NCBI GenBank assembly: GCA_965242695.1
Contig: CBDESU010000001.1
Coordinates: 1,696,001-1,760,000, forward strand
From: Cenarchaeum sp.
Lineage (GTDB): Archaea > Thermoproteota > Nitrososphaeria > Nitrososphaerales > Nitrosopumilaceae
DNA length: 64,000 bases
Direction of reading: 5' to 3'
Made by a program: the position numbers and the translations under genes. Within the stretch, counting starts at the first letter, position 1. The number at the start of each line of letters is the position of its first letter. The notes beneath the pieces were generated by a model. That model saw only the letters and a program-made list of their open reading frames with translations. It was not told the DNA's origin and did not search any database. Shown here piece after piece: positions 17,721-30,000 of this stretch.

Positions 17721-20700
17721 TGGGGGGAGGATCACCTGGCGGCGGCGCACTCTGCCGTGTACGTGACGCGCTGGACGAGCTCGGCGCCCTCCACCTGGGC
17801 ATGCCCCGTCAGGTTGAGCATGAACCACAGCGGCGCCTCTAGGCCGCCGCCAAGTCCGTCCGCCACGGAAGCGCCGCCTGCCGGCAGCGGCTCGAACCCC
17901 ACATTCGATCCGGCCGCGCTCAGCAGCGTGGCGTTGGCAGGAAGCTGCGACAATGTGGCGTTCTGGGCAGGCGTGCCCGGGAGGGTAGCGACGGACCACG
18001 GCGTCGCCCCGAGCTCGACGCTTGAGAACGGCAGCGACCCAGAGTTTACCACCGCCTGCTCGGCCGCATCGGAATAGCCGCCTGGGCGGGCCTGCGCTGC
18101 CAGGCTCTCCGAGCCGAGGCGCATTGAGCACGTGCGGTCGACGGGCGGGGGCGTGCCGCGCTCGGATGCGGCGGTGCCGAACCGCGTCAGGTGGTACGTG
18201 TGGATGATCATGTCGCTGCCGTCGGCCGACTCTATCCGGCACTCGCCCAAGCCGCCGAGCTGGCGGTGGACCCTCTCCGTGGCATCTGCAGCGCATGCCA
18301 GGTCGATCGGCACGATAGCGCTGTCCGCGCCGCCCTTGATGTAGAACGCGCGGCCGCCGGCCTGGCCGTCAAGGGATATGCGGACGGGCATGTCGAATGT
18401 GATGCGGCCGTCGTCAACGCCGCCGCCGGCCTCGACGATCGTTCGCAGCACCATTCCGCCAGAGCTTGGATAGCCAAGGGCGGCTGTGGCGGCCTCGTCG
18501 GAAGTCCCGCCGTCGTCCACGTACAGGTAGAGCGCGCCGGCGGCGGGGACGGACGCTGCCGTGACGCCCGGCGGGAACGTCACCGTGCCGAACGAGGCGG
18601 CCAGCGTGACGGCCTCGGTCGGGAACGTGGCCGTGCCCGGCGCGTCAGATGCACGGGCCAGCCCCGTTACGTTGATCGCCAAGCGGGCTGCCGCGCCGGC
18701 CGCGGTGCCGTCGACTGCCCTGGTAAAACCGTCCGGCTCGATGCTGACCGGCGGCGGCAGCGTCTGCGCAACTAGGACGGTCTGCACGGTCAGGCCGGAT
18801 GCGACGGGTATCTCGCCTGCTGCAAACTGCGGCGGATCGATGCCGGCAACGCCTGCTGTCCCCTCTAGGCCGACCGCAAGCGTGATCGTCCCCGTCTGGT
18901 TGGGGCCCACGCCGTCCCCGCCGAACGCGACGGTGTGGACCGCCGTGCCCAGCCCCTCCACTCCCGACACGGGGCGCGTGCCTGCGGTGCCTGCGCCGCC
19001 CTCTGCGTCGATCTCAACCGCGGTGTACACGGGGCCGTCGCGGCCCGCTGGCGGCCCGAGCGCCGCCGAGTACGTTATGGTCGCGATGTTGCTAGCGGTA
19101 AACACGGCCCGGGCCGTGGCGTTGCCCGGCTGCGGCGCCGCCCCGTCCAGGTCTAGCAGGAGCGCGGCGTCCGTCCCGAGCGGAAGCCGGGCCGCATCGA
19201 TCACCGCCGTTGCGTCCATCTCAAGCACGCCCGTCGTTCCCGGCCCCGCAGGGTCGCCGCCGAATCCCACCGTATGCACGGCGGTCCCATTGCCCGCCAG
19301 GCTGGATACCACGCGCAGGCCGCCTCCCGAGGACAGCGTGACGGACGCGTACGTTCCGGGCGCAACCCACACGGGCTCCGTGTACCTGACCTCGGCCGCG
19401 TTCGGCCCCGAAACGGCGGCAGATCGAACCTCTGGGGCGATCCCGTCGACAACATCCGCCGACGAGTCGGCAGGCTCGTTGCCGGCGGGATCGGCAACGC
19501 TGCCGCCGTCTGCCGGATCGTACGAGATCACCACCCCGTCGGGGGCCGCATCGGGCAGATCGCCGTCAAGGACGAGATCGAGCGAGACGGACGGCTCTGC
19601 GGCATCCTGGCTCGAGTCGACGGCAAGGCCCTCGGCGTCGCGGCCCGACACGGACCAACCTCCGGCGCCCGTTCCCGGGGCCACCACGGGCTCGCTGAAC
19701 AAGACCCGTATCGTGTCGAGCGATACGGCCGTGGCGCCGAGCATCGACGGCGGCTGGCCATCGGCAAGCGCGATCGCGCCGTCCGCGCCGGGCGTGTGCC
19801 CCGCCGCATCGCGCACCGCAGCCGAATCCACCCCCAGCGAGCCCGTCGCATCCGGCCCCGCAGGATCGCCGCCGAACGAGACCGTGTGGGTGTCCGTCCC
19901 GTTTCCCTCTAGGCCGTCGACCATGCGCGGGACCCCTCCCGATGACAGCGTCACGGACGCGTACGCGCCGGGCGCGGCCCACACGGGCTCCGTGTACCTG
20001 ACCTCGGCCGCGTTTGGCCCCGTAACGGCGGCAGATCGAACCTCGGGGGCGATCCCGTCTGCGACGCTCGTCGACGAGGCGACAAGGCCGTTTCCGGCCG
20101 CATCCTCGACGCTGCCGCCGTCGGCCGGGCGGTACGAGATGGTTATCGCATCAGGGGCAGTGTCGGGCAGATCGCCTCCCAGTATGAGGTCGAGCGAGTC
20201 CGCCGGCTCTGCGGCATCCCGGCTCGAGTCGACGGCAAGGCCCTCGGCATCGCGGCCTGACACGGACCAGCCTCCGGCGCCGGCGCCGGGGGCCACCACG
20301 GGCTCGCTGAACAAGACCCGTATCGTGTCGAGCGATACGGCCGTGGCGCCGAGCACCGACGGCGACTGGGCGTCGTCTAGCGCGCGCTGGACCGTGCCGT
20401 TGCCGAGCCGCATGTCCAGTCCCGGCGAGACGACGGCCGTGCCGTCGATCGCCACGCTGCCGGTCGCATTCGGCGGCGCGCCGCCCGGGTCGAACGTGAG
20501 CGTGTGGAAGTGGCTACCGGCGCCGTCGCCTCCCCCCTCCAGCCTCGTTATCATCCTGTCCTGCCCGCCTACCACGAGCTGCGAGTACGCCTCACTCGGG
20601 GCCTCTGCGTTCCTAGTGTACGCAATGACGGCCGTGTCGGGCCCCGTAATCCTTGACGAGAATACGTCCAAAACCCTCCCGTCTAGGATATTCACGGTCA

Positions 20701-22202
20701 AGACATCGTCGCCGAGCGGGTTTGGCGGGTCGGCCCCGTCGAGCACCGCCCTGCCGTCTACCGCCATGCTACTCGGCGGCTCCGGGATGGGGGCAGGCTC
20801 GCCGGCAAAGCCGATCACGTGATGGCGGAGGGGGACATCTGTGTCGTACGGGTCCAGCTGGCGGGCATCCCCGCCGATCTCGAGCCCCGAGTAGGCTCCC
20901 GGCGATGCGGCGACCGGCTCGGTATAGTCGATCGTAATCTCGCGATTCCCCGTGATCAACGGCTCGACGATCTTGGGCCGTATGCGGTCGGCCACGACTA
21001 TGCCCGTCGTGTCCTGCAGGAGGTTGCCGGCCTCGTCCCGGATGCCGCCGGCGCTGGCGTCGTAGGACAGTTCGAGATCGGGGGCCGTGTCGGGCAGGGT
21101 GTCGTTGAGCGTAAAGACGATATTGTCCTGCGGTGCCGATGTCGGGACGGGCCCGAGGGCGGCTATGGAAAGATTGGCCGCGCTGGGCCCCGACAAGGAC
21201 CAGCCGGCCGAGGCGTTCAGTGAGCCGGACGCGACGGGCTCGTCAAAGGTGACGCGTATACGATCCAAAAACTCGGCCTCGGCGGACACCACCGCGGGCG
21301 CCACGGTGTCGACTGCGATGTCCTTGCGCTCACCCAGCGTATCTCCGGCGCCCCATTCGGGCAGTTTCAAGTCGGCATCGTTGCCGGCCGCGTCCCGTAT
21401 GGTCCCGCCGTTGCGGGACAGGGCCGTCGTGCCCGTGTAGTTCAGGTCGTCCGTCTCGTCGCCCTGCCGCACCGTGTACGTAAATACCAGCGTGTTGGAG
21501 TTGTTGCCCCCGGTAAGTGTAGCGTTCCGGTCGGTCGTGCCCGTCTCTAGTCGTATGGACGGCGTGCCGCTTGAGTTGTCGATGATGATGGCCTCGCTAA
21601 TCTTTACCCGCACGTCGATCGCGGTGTCGATGGGATACAGGTCGTTGTCCTTTTCCGAGTAGACGTACTCTACCTCCGGACGGACCGCCTCGAGGCGGAT
21701 CGTCCCCGAGTCGAGCAGGCCGTCCGTGCCGGGCGGGGGCAGGGTCCGGACGGCGTCGTTGTCGGCCTCGTCCCGTATGGTCCCGCCGTTGAGCGAGATG
21801 ACGGCCGCGGTGGTGTAGTCCAGGTCGGCCGTGTCGTCGCCCTCGGTCACAGTGTACGCGAACGCCAGCATCGTAGAGCTGCTCGCCGCCGCGTCGTACA
21901 CCGCATGCCGCCCGGCCGCGCCCGTGTCCAGCGCGATCGACGGCGTGCCGCCCGTGGTGTCGACTGTGACATCCTCGTTGAAGGTGACCGTGACGGCGAT
22001 GTCCGAGCCGATGCCGTACGTGCCGGGCTGGGTCGTCGACGAGACGGAATCTACCTCTGGGCGGACCGCCTCGAGGCGGATCGTCCCCGAGTCGAGCAGG
22101 CCGTCCGTGCCGGGCGGGGGCAGTGTCCGGACGGCGTCGTTGTCGGCCTCGTCCCGTATGGTCCCGCCGTTGAGCGAGATGACGGCCGCGGTGGTGTAGT
22201 CC

Positions 22203-24408
22203 CAGTGGTTGAAAATGTGCCCGTAACTTGACCTACCGTCGTCGTCTGTCCGCCTCGGGGCGGTATATACCATGGCCGCCTTCGCAGGCATGGCTAGGGG
22301 CGGCGGCCGGCGGCGGCCGCCACCTAGCGCGGATCGCGGGGCGCCCGCCCGCGACAGGCCGGCGCACTCTGCCGCGCGGCCGGCGTCCGCGGCCGCGGCC
22401 GGCGGCTCGGCGGAAGGGGGCAGGGCCGACCGGCCGGGAACTGGCAGGATGCGACGGCAGGCAGTGCACGGCCAGATGTTGTGCATGGAGTGGAGATCCT
22501 GTACGCGGCGCGGCCGCGGCTCCCGGCCGCCGCGGCCGCCGCGGCCGCCGTGGCGGCTGCGCACGGAGCCCGCCGTCCGCCGTCCGTTGCACAGCGGGAC
22601 GGGGGGCAGCCTCGGCGGCCGTCGAAAATTCCCCGAGTATGAGGGCGAATTTGCGGGGCATGCAGGGCGCCCGGGCCAAAACGCATGCGAAACTCGGCCT
22701 GCGAGTTGGGGCCGTGGGAGGGATGAAGCGGGCATCGCGGCAAAAGCTCGGCGGCTGGCATGCTTGTGCATGAATCGATTTTTTGTCTTGCACTGGTTCG
22801 ACTTCAGCGAATTGGGCATTGTTAGGAATGAATGTTCTATATATGTTTTGCAAGAAAAGATATACGGCGGCGATCCTCGGAACCGGCGTACGCGGCATGG
22901 CGCAAATCGATTCCGTAAAACGGCACAGTAATATTACCACCCTGGCGAGCGGGCGCCGTGGACACGTTTCTGGGGAGAATTGAGGAGCTCGAAGCCGACG
23001 TCTCGAGCGTGTTTATGTTTTTCGTGGCAATGATGGCGGCGTTTGGGTTTCCCCTGTCCGCCCGGTACAATTCGCTGCACGGGCCCATTTCGCTGTGCGC
23101 CATCATCGCATCGATGGCATTCACAAAGTCGTGCACCGAGACCGCGTCCAAGCTTTTCGCGCTCCGCGTCAAAGACCTGGCGTGGGGCGTCGTCGACGTC
23201 AGGTCGCTGCACCTGCCCACATCGCAGTGGGCGCTCAAGATGATCGCCGGCCTCGACCACGGCGCGATGGAGGCGGCGTGCAGGGCGGCATTTCGCGCCT
23301 GTACAGCCCTGGCCAGGGCGCGCGGGATGATCCCCGCGCGACCCCTGGGCATGATAGACGGGCAGAGCTCGGCGTACTACGGGGAAAAGGGCGACATGAA
23401 GTACATCACAAGGGGCAAGAGCAAGAACGGCACGACAAGGTTCCACACGTTCCTGTGCTCCATCATCAGGGCGGGGCAATACCCGCTGCACACGGCAATG
23501 TGCCGCATGCGCCCCGGGGTTCCGCTGGAGGAGTACCTCCGGGACGTGCTCGCGCAGAACCGCGAGGCCGGGATCAGGTGCTCCCACTGGCTCGTCGACA
23601 GGCTGTTCTTCAGCGTGGCCGCGATGTACGAGTTCGGCAGGGCCGACGAGTACTTTCTGATGTACGCGCGCATGACGCCGGGGATCAAGAAGGCGCTCGA
23701 CGAGTACCTGAGCGGGAAGCGGGCCGCCATGTCCGAGTACGTCGTCAGGTCGGGCCGCCGAAAGTTCACAGGAACCCTGGCGTTCGTGGAAAAGACGAGG
23801 ACGAATAAGAACGGCGAGAGGGAGACGGTCATCCTCCCGATCTTTTCGAACCTTCCGCGGGCCCAGCTCGCCGCCGCGATCCGCGACCTGCCGATCGAGA
23901 TCAAGAAGAGGTGGATACACGAGTCGTCGTTCAGGGTCGCCACGTTCTCAAAGCCGATGACGACCAGCAACAGCCCCTCGCTCAGGACTTTCTTCTTCGG
24001 GATGTCCCTGTTCCTCGGCAACATGTCGGTGATAGCGAACCACGCAATAGAGGCCCGAAGCCACGCAGAGGGCGGGGAGGTGCCCGTCCCCGAGCCGCCT
24101 GCCGACGATCGCCTCGGGGACAAGCGCTGCCTGGCGACCAAGACAAAGTACAGCGTGACATCCAAGGAGTTCCTGAGCCTCCTGGTCTCGGAGGCGGGCA
24201 GGCTGCACACCCGGGACAAGAGGGCTCAGGACGACTACACCGCCTGGGCGATGGCCAAGAACGCGCACCTGATCCCGCCGCCCGTCCAAGAGCGCCCAAT
24301 CCTGACGGGGGAGTACGCTTCCGGCATCCCGCGCTGGGCATGACGGCGGGCTGGCATACCTTCATAACGGGAAGGTGACAGACCCTGCCGGCACATTTTC
24401 AACCACTG
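22203..24408 (+). mobile_element. ISH3-family (IS4-like) insertion sequence, 2206 bp
   Basis: Perfect 19-bp TIR CAGTGGTTGAAAATGTGCC / GGCACATTTTCAACCACTG; 5-bp target duplication AGTCC (22198-22202, 24409-24413). Confidence 0.93.
22958..24343 (+). CDS. ISH3-family DDE transposase
   Basis: IDGQSSAYYG, LVDRLFFS and KRWIHESSFR correspond to the D, D and (Y)RE motifs; lies between the TIRs. Confidence 0.88.
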   Translation: MDTFLGRIEELEADVSSVFMFFVAMMAAFGFPLSARYNSLHGPISLCAIIASMAFTKSCTETASKLFALRVKDLAWGVVDVRSLHLPTSQWALKMIAGLDHGAMEAACRAAFRACTALARARGMIPARPLGMIDGQSSAYYGEKGDMKYITRGKSKNGTTRFHTFLCSIIRAGQYPLHTAMCRMRPGVPLEEYLRDVLAQNREAGIRCSHWLVDRLFFSVAAMYEFGRADEYFLMYARMTPGIKKALDEYLSGKRAAMSEYVVRSGRRKFTGTLAFVEKTRTNKNGERETVILPIFSNLPRAQLAAAIRDLPIEIKKRWIHESSFRVATFSKPMTTSNSPSLRTFFFGMSLFLGNMSVIANHAIEARSHAEGGEVPVPEPPADDRLGDKRCLATKTKYSVTSKEFLSLLVSEAGRLHTRDKRAQDDYTAWAMAKNAHLIPPPVQERPILTGEYASGIPRWA

Positions 24409-25380
24409 AGTCCAGGTCGGCCGTGTCGTCGTCCCGCTGCACCGTGTACGAAAACGCCAGTACGTTGGGGGTGCTGGCCGCAGCGCTGTACGTCGCATTC
24501 CTGTCGATCGCGCCCGTCTCCAGCTGTATGGCCGGCGTGCCGCCCGTGGTGTCGACGACGACGTCCTCGTCGAAGGTGACCGTGACGGCGATGTCCGAGC
24601 CGATGCCGTACGTGCCGGGCGGGGTCGTCGACGAGACGGCGTCGACGGCCGGCCGCACTCCATCGATGCGGATCGTCCCCGAGTCGAGCAGGCCGTCCGT
24701 GCCGGGTGGGGGCAGGGTCCGGACGGCGTCGTTGTCGGCCTCGTCCCGTATGGTCCCGCCGTTGAGCGAGATGACGGCCGCGGTGGTGTAGTCCAGGTCG
24801 GCCGTGTCGTCGTCCCGCTGCACCGTGTACGAAAACGCCAGCACGTTGGGGGTGCTGGCCGCGGCGCTGTACGTCGCATTCCTGTCGATCGCGCCCGTCT
24901 CCAGCTGTATGGCCGGCGTGCCGCCCGTACTGTTGACAACAACGTCCTCGTCGAAGGTGACCGTGACGGCGATGTCCGAGCCGATGCCGTACGTGCCGGG
25001 TGGGGTCGTCGACGAGACGGCGTCGACGGCCGGCCGCACTCCATCGATGCGGATCGTCCCCGAGTCGAGCAGGCCGTCCGTGCCGGGCGGGGGCAGGGTC
25101 CGGACGGCGTCGTTGTCGGCCTCGTCCCGTATGGTCCCGCCGTTGAGCGAGATGACGGCCGCGGTGGTGTAGTCCAGGTCGGCCGTGTCGTCGTCCCGCT
25201 GCACCGTGTACGAAAACGCCAGCACGTTGGGGGTGCTGGCCGCGGCGCTGTACGTCGCATTCCTGTCGGTCGCGCCCGTCTCCAGCTGTATGGTCGGAGT
25301 GCCGCCCGTACTGTTGACAACAACGTCCTCGTCGAAGGTGACCGTGACGGCGATGTCCGAGCCGATGCCGTACGTGCCTG
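24409..25380. repeat. 381-bp (127-aa) near-identical tandem repeats of the surface protein; the array continues at about 21690-22202 beyond the IS
   Basis: TYGIGSDIAVTVTFDEDVVV...DLDYTTAAVISLNGGTIRDEADNDAVRTLPPPGTDGLLDSGTIR repeated. Confidence 0.9.
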
Positions 25381-27046
25381 TCCCGTTCAGCGAGGATGTG
25401 GATTGGACGCGCGGCCCCACAACGTCTATCGAAGTTGCGCCCGATGCGGACAGAGACAGGCGGGCGTCGTTGCCGGCCAGGTCGGTCAGGCTACCGGCCG
25501 TCGTAAGAGCCCCCGTGCCGTCATAGTCCACGTTCGATACGGTGTCGCCGCTCTGCACGCCGTACGTGAATGTGAACATTTCCGAGTTGTTTCCCGACGA
25601 ATAGCCCGCGTTGCGGGTCGCCCCGCCGCCCAAGTCGACCCGCAGCACCGGCGCGGCGCCCGAGTATACAACAGCCTCGTAAAAGGTCACATTGAATACG
25701 ATGCTGTCGCCCGAACTATACCCCCCATCGGGGGGCGCAAAGGTGACGTTCGCCACGCGCGGCACGATGCCGTCGACACGTATGGCGCCCGAGTCGGCCA
25801 ATGAGCCCGCCGCGCCCGGCTCCGGAAGCGTGCATGCGATTGTGTTTTCGGGATCCCAATAATTAGCCAGGCCACGGACCGCGCCACCTTCGATTATCTC
25901 TGACCAATGCAGTGCATTGGTTGCGTTGTAATCAAGGTCGTCAGAGTAGTCGCCCTCCTGCACTTTATAGTTGTAATTGACATAGCCAGAGGTCGATGCA
26001 ACGTGGGAAACGTATGTGCCAAGCCGGTCTATATCACCGGTTTCAAGTGCGATTGAAGAGTGTGATATGGCGCCGTATCTTAGCCCGTCATAAGTGGAAG
26101 TGACGCGTATGCTTACCGTGTCGTTGATTCCATACAGGCCGTCGCGCGAGGTGTACGCTACGGTCACATCAGAACCTGGCAGTGCACAGGGACTAAGATG
26201 ATCCGCATATGCAGCCGGTATTACAAAGCCCCAAAGAACCTGCGAAGGGTACAGAGCCTGCATGTCAGGCGGGGAAAGGGATGCGTCAATGTCTAGAGAC
26301 GAGGATGCCGCAAGTGCCAGTACGATCGCTAGGGATGCGGCGGCAAACGCGCAGATGCGAGAGGCTGCAGGGCCCGGACGGCGCAGAGGGGCGGCAGGCA
26401 GAAGACGAGTCTTCGGCAAGAGTGACTTCTCCGGCACACATCCAAGCCTCCGGCCAAGGGACGCCCTGCCCGCAGTGCGCCGTGCGCCCGCCTGCTCGCC
26501 CCCCCCCCCTCTATTCTACCGGAGGATCCCTCTCCCGACCGGCCTAAATCGCATCCGCTCAATATGCCCCGCCCCCCAACCGTGCCTATAAAAGAATGGC
26601 GGAGTGGGCGGGAGCATCCCGAGCCAAGCGACAGGCCCAAGGAATGCCCTCTAGTCGCCCGCAGGGTTGGCGGCGGCAAAGGCGGCAGGAGGCGCCAAGG
26701 CAGGCAGTGGCCGGGAGGGGCACAGGGCTGCGCGCGGCAGCATCGCCCCTGAGAGTGCGCGGCCGGTCGTGCGCCCGCCATGGGGGCGCCTCGCCGAGCT
26801 TGAGCAGTACGAAGGGCCGCCGATGCGCGTGCAGGAGATGTCAGCAGGCAGGGTTTACCGGGAAGCAGGCGCGCGATTTGCACAAGGGCTTGCGGACATG
26901 GACGGGAGATCTGCGACCCGCGCGCCGAGCACGGAAAGCATCGGCAGCAGCTGTTCACCACCTGTGCCAATGAGACGGTCGGCGCGCGGCAGTGCATCGC
27001 CCATTACCGCAGGTTCAGTGGACGCATGGCCAGGCGCGGCAATGGG

Positions 27047-30000
27047 TTAGCCCGCGCCGCCGCTGTCGGGGGTGGCAATGCGCGTTAGCTTGTAGTAGAG
27101 CCACGACGGCGCGCCCTCCGGCCTCTCCACCTCGACCGTCCACTCCCCGATGTCGATCGCCGTCCCCGCCTCGGCAGGCAGGACCGCGAACTTTTCGGGC
27201 GTCGCATCCGGCCCCGAGTACCTCACGCGGTAGTCCGTCCCGCCTATCTGCACGGTCTGGTATATGGCGCCCGGCGCCCTAGTGGATCCCGACACGAGGC
27301 ACCCGTCGGCTACGGGGCCGATCACGCAGATCGGCCCCTCTTCGCCGCCCGGCCCCGTTGCGTTGGCCAAGAGCCTGATATCGACCGAGGACGGGTCGGC
27401 GCGCGGCGCGGCCAGCAGCAGTCCCTGCAGGGCCCGCGGGACGAACCGGGTCCCGTCGACGTCTGACTCTGACGCAGAGACGGCCACGACCGCATCCGGT
27501 ATGCGGTTAAAGTCCTCTGTGTAGCGCCCGGGCATCGTGGCGTTGCCCTGAGCCGTGCCGTTGCCCTGAGCCTGCCCGCCCGCCGCACCGCCATGGGCCG
27601 CATCCGATGCGTCCGGCCCCGCCACCACGCTGAACGTCCCGGATACGGTCGCAAACGGCGTCGTGGCCTTTACGACGTACCGCCCGACCGCATCGTCGGA
27701 CGAGTCGATCTCGTACGTGCGCGAGAACCTTCCCCTCTCGTCGGGGCGGACGCGCTCGGTCGAGCCGGGCGAGCCGCAAGAGTAGGTCCCGCAGTTGATG
27801 CGCAGCTCTTCCTCGCGGGCTACCGTCACCTCGACCGATTCGACCGAGACGAGCCTTGTCAGCGAGCCCGACACCGCGACGGTATCGCCTGGCCGGTACT
27901 CGGGCCTGTCGGTCCCGACCACAAGCGACAGGTCTGACGCGCCGCGATCGGCGCCGCCCCCCTCGCCTTCGATCAGAAACGTCGTCGCCGCGCGTGTCTT
28001 GGCGTACGTGGCGATTACAGAGTACGTCCCCTCGCCGAACACGCCGATGGGCAGGTCGAACGACGTGCCAAAGTATCCGGCGCTGTCGGGCCCCAGGTTG
28101 TACTCGTAGATGACCTTGAACGGGGCCGCCCCCTCCCTGACTACGACCTTTGCGCGCTCCCTGACCGGCGGGCCCTCGCCGCCGAACAGCGCGCCGGCCT
28201 CGCGGGCAAGGCCGCTCAGGACGACCTCGTCGCCGATCCCGTACGACGCGCGGTCGGCCGATATCGACAGGGGCGGGATCTCGAGCGTGTCGGACGCCGG
28301 ATCGTCAGACACCTTTAGGAATATGCGCTCGGACGCGGGGCCGGCCTTTATGGCGGCCTGGTACACGCCCGGCGTGCGCGGCGCCTCCCACTCCCACGCG
28401 AACCGCGAGCGGTCGGCCAGCGCGCCGTACCGGTCCGTGTCGCCGCCGGGCTTGTACACCGTAATGTCGACCCCGCTGCCCTGCGAGAGGCCGGGGACGA
28501 TCCCCGTCACGACCGTCGTCTCGCCCGGCGCGAGCAGGCTCTTGCTCACGGATATCGACGCATCGCCCTCGATGTCGAGCGAGTCGACTACCTCGAACGC
28601 GGTGAACGCGCGGTGCCGGTTGCTTGCGTAGCTTGCGTGCACGGCGTACGTGCCCGGCCCGTACGCCGACGCGTACAGCGTGTCGGAGACGCGGTAGTTG
28701 CCGGCAGCGTCGGGCACGGCAGACAGCGTGTACGCGACCGGCGCTGCCACCGCGGACCCGCTGCCGGCCGCGCCCCTCGCATCGTCGATCTGCCCGCGCG
28801 AGGCCAGCCCGCCCGATGCGCCGACTATGGTAATCTCGATCGTGTTCGTGACAAGGGATGCCGTCTTTGGTGCGATCGTAGTCCCGCTGAATACGATCCT
28901 CGAGCCCTGCTCGTACACGGCCTTGTCCGTCGTGATCGTCACCTGCGAGGCCTGGGCGGCCGGCCCCGCCGGGGAAGAGGAAGGCGCCGCGCCGGCCGCA
29001 TCCCCTCTGCCCTCCCGGGCCGCGCCCGGCCCGGCCGCCATCGGCGGCTCGACCCGAAACGACGCCTCGGCCCGCACGCCCGTGTCCGAGACGCGCACGA
29101 CGTACTCGCCGACGCGCTCGGTCCCGTTGGCTATGCGGTACTCGTACGAGAACGACCCGTCGCCGGCGGGCCGCACCGTCGCGTCGTGCTTTACCAGGTT
29201 GACGGCGACCCTGCCGAGCGACTCTACCTCTACCTGGCGCAGCTCGAGGTCTAGCGCAAACGACCACTTGCCGCCCAGGCTGCCGCTTATCGCGACCGTC
29301 TCGCCCGGCGCGTACGACGCCTTGTCCGTGCGCACGACGGCCTGGCGGCCCGCACTGTCGGCGTCCCTAGCCACGACGAACCGGCTCGATGCGGACGCCT
29401 CGCCGTACGAGGCCGCAACGGTGTGGTTTCCGTACGCGGCGCCGACGGGGTTGAGGAACAGCCGCGCCTCGAACCGCCCCGCCGCGTCGGGGTACACGAG
29501 CCCCCCGTCCGTGCGCTCGCCGTCGGGGCCGAGCACCTTGTACGAGAGCCCCTCGTACGGCACGACCTCGCGCGCGGCGGCCGTGACGACCACGGTCTCG
29601 CCCGGCCTGTACGATGCGCGGTCGGTCGATATGGACAGCGGCGGCGGCGGCGGCGCGGCAGGGGCCGAACCTGCGCCCGCGGATCCCTGTCCGGCGGCGG
29701 CGCCCGCATCCCCGACCGCAAACGACGAGGATGCCGACGAGCCGGCGTACGAGGCAGTCACCGTGTACGGGCCGTCCGAGGCGCCCGTCACCGCGCTGAG
29801 CCGGACGCTTGCAAAGAACCGCAGCTGCGCGTCGGGGTACACCGATATCTGCCGCTCGTACCCCGACGGCCCCTCTATCGCGATCGAGACGCCGCGGTTC
29901 GAGTGCGACGGCACCGACGCGCGCGCCTCCTCCGAGACGTTTCCCCGTATTGTGATTCGCTCGCCGAGTTCGTACGATGCGCGGTCGGTGCCGACGGCCA

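Larger units (their letters stand above)
17732..26437 (-). pseudogene. Very large secreted/surface protein (about 2164 aa reconstituted) with tandem Ig-like repeats, interrupted by an IS
   Basis: N-terminal hydrophobic signal; removing 22203-24408 plus one AGTCC rejoins ...DTADLD|YTTAAV... in frame (6495 bp); about 127-aa and 200-aa repeated beta-rich modules. Confidence 0.85.

Noticed and set aside
22203-22819. N-terminal about 200 aa of the 1695-aa ORF in the track
   Set aside because: Lies inside the IS; the native start of the gene is at 26437
26596-27050. ORFs downstream of TATAAAA at about 26587
   Set aside because: No family motifs, and start spacing relative to the TATA box is unconvincing
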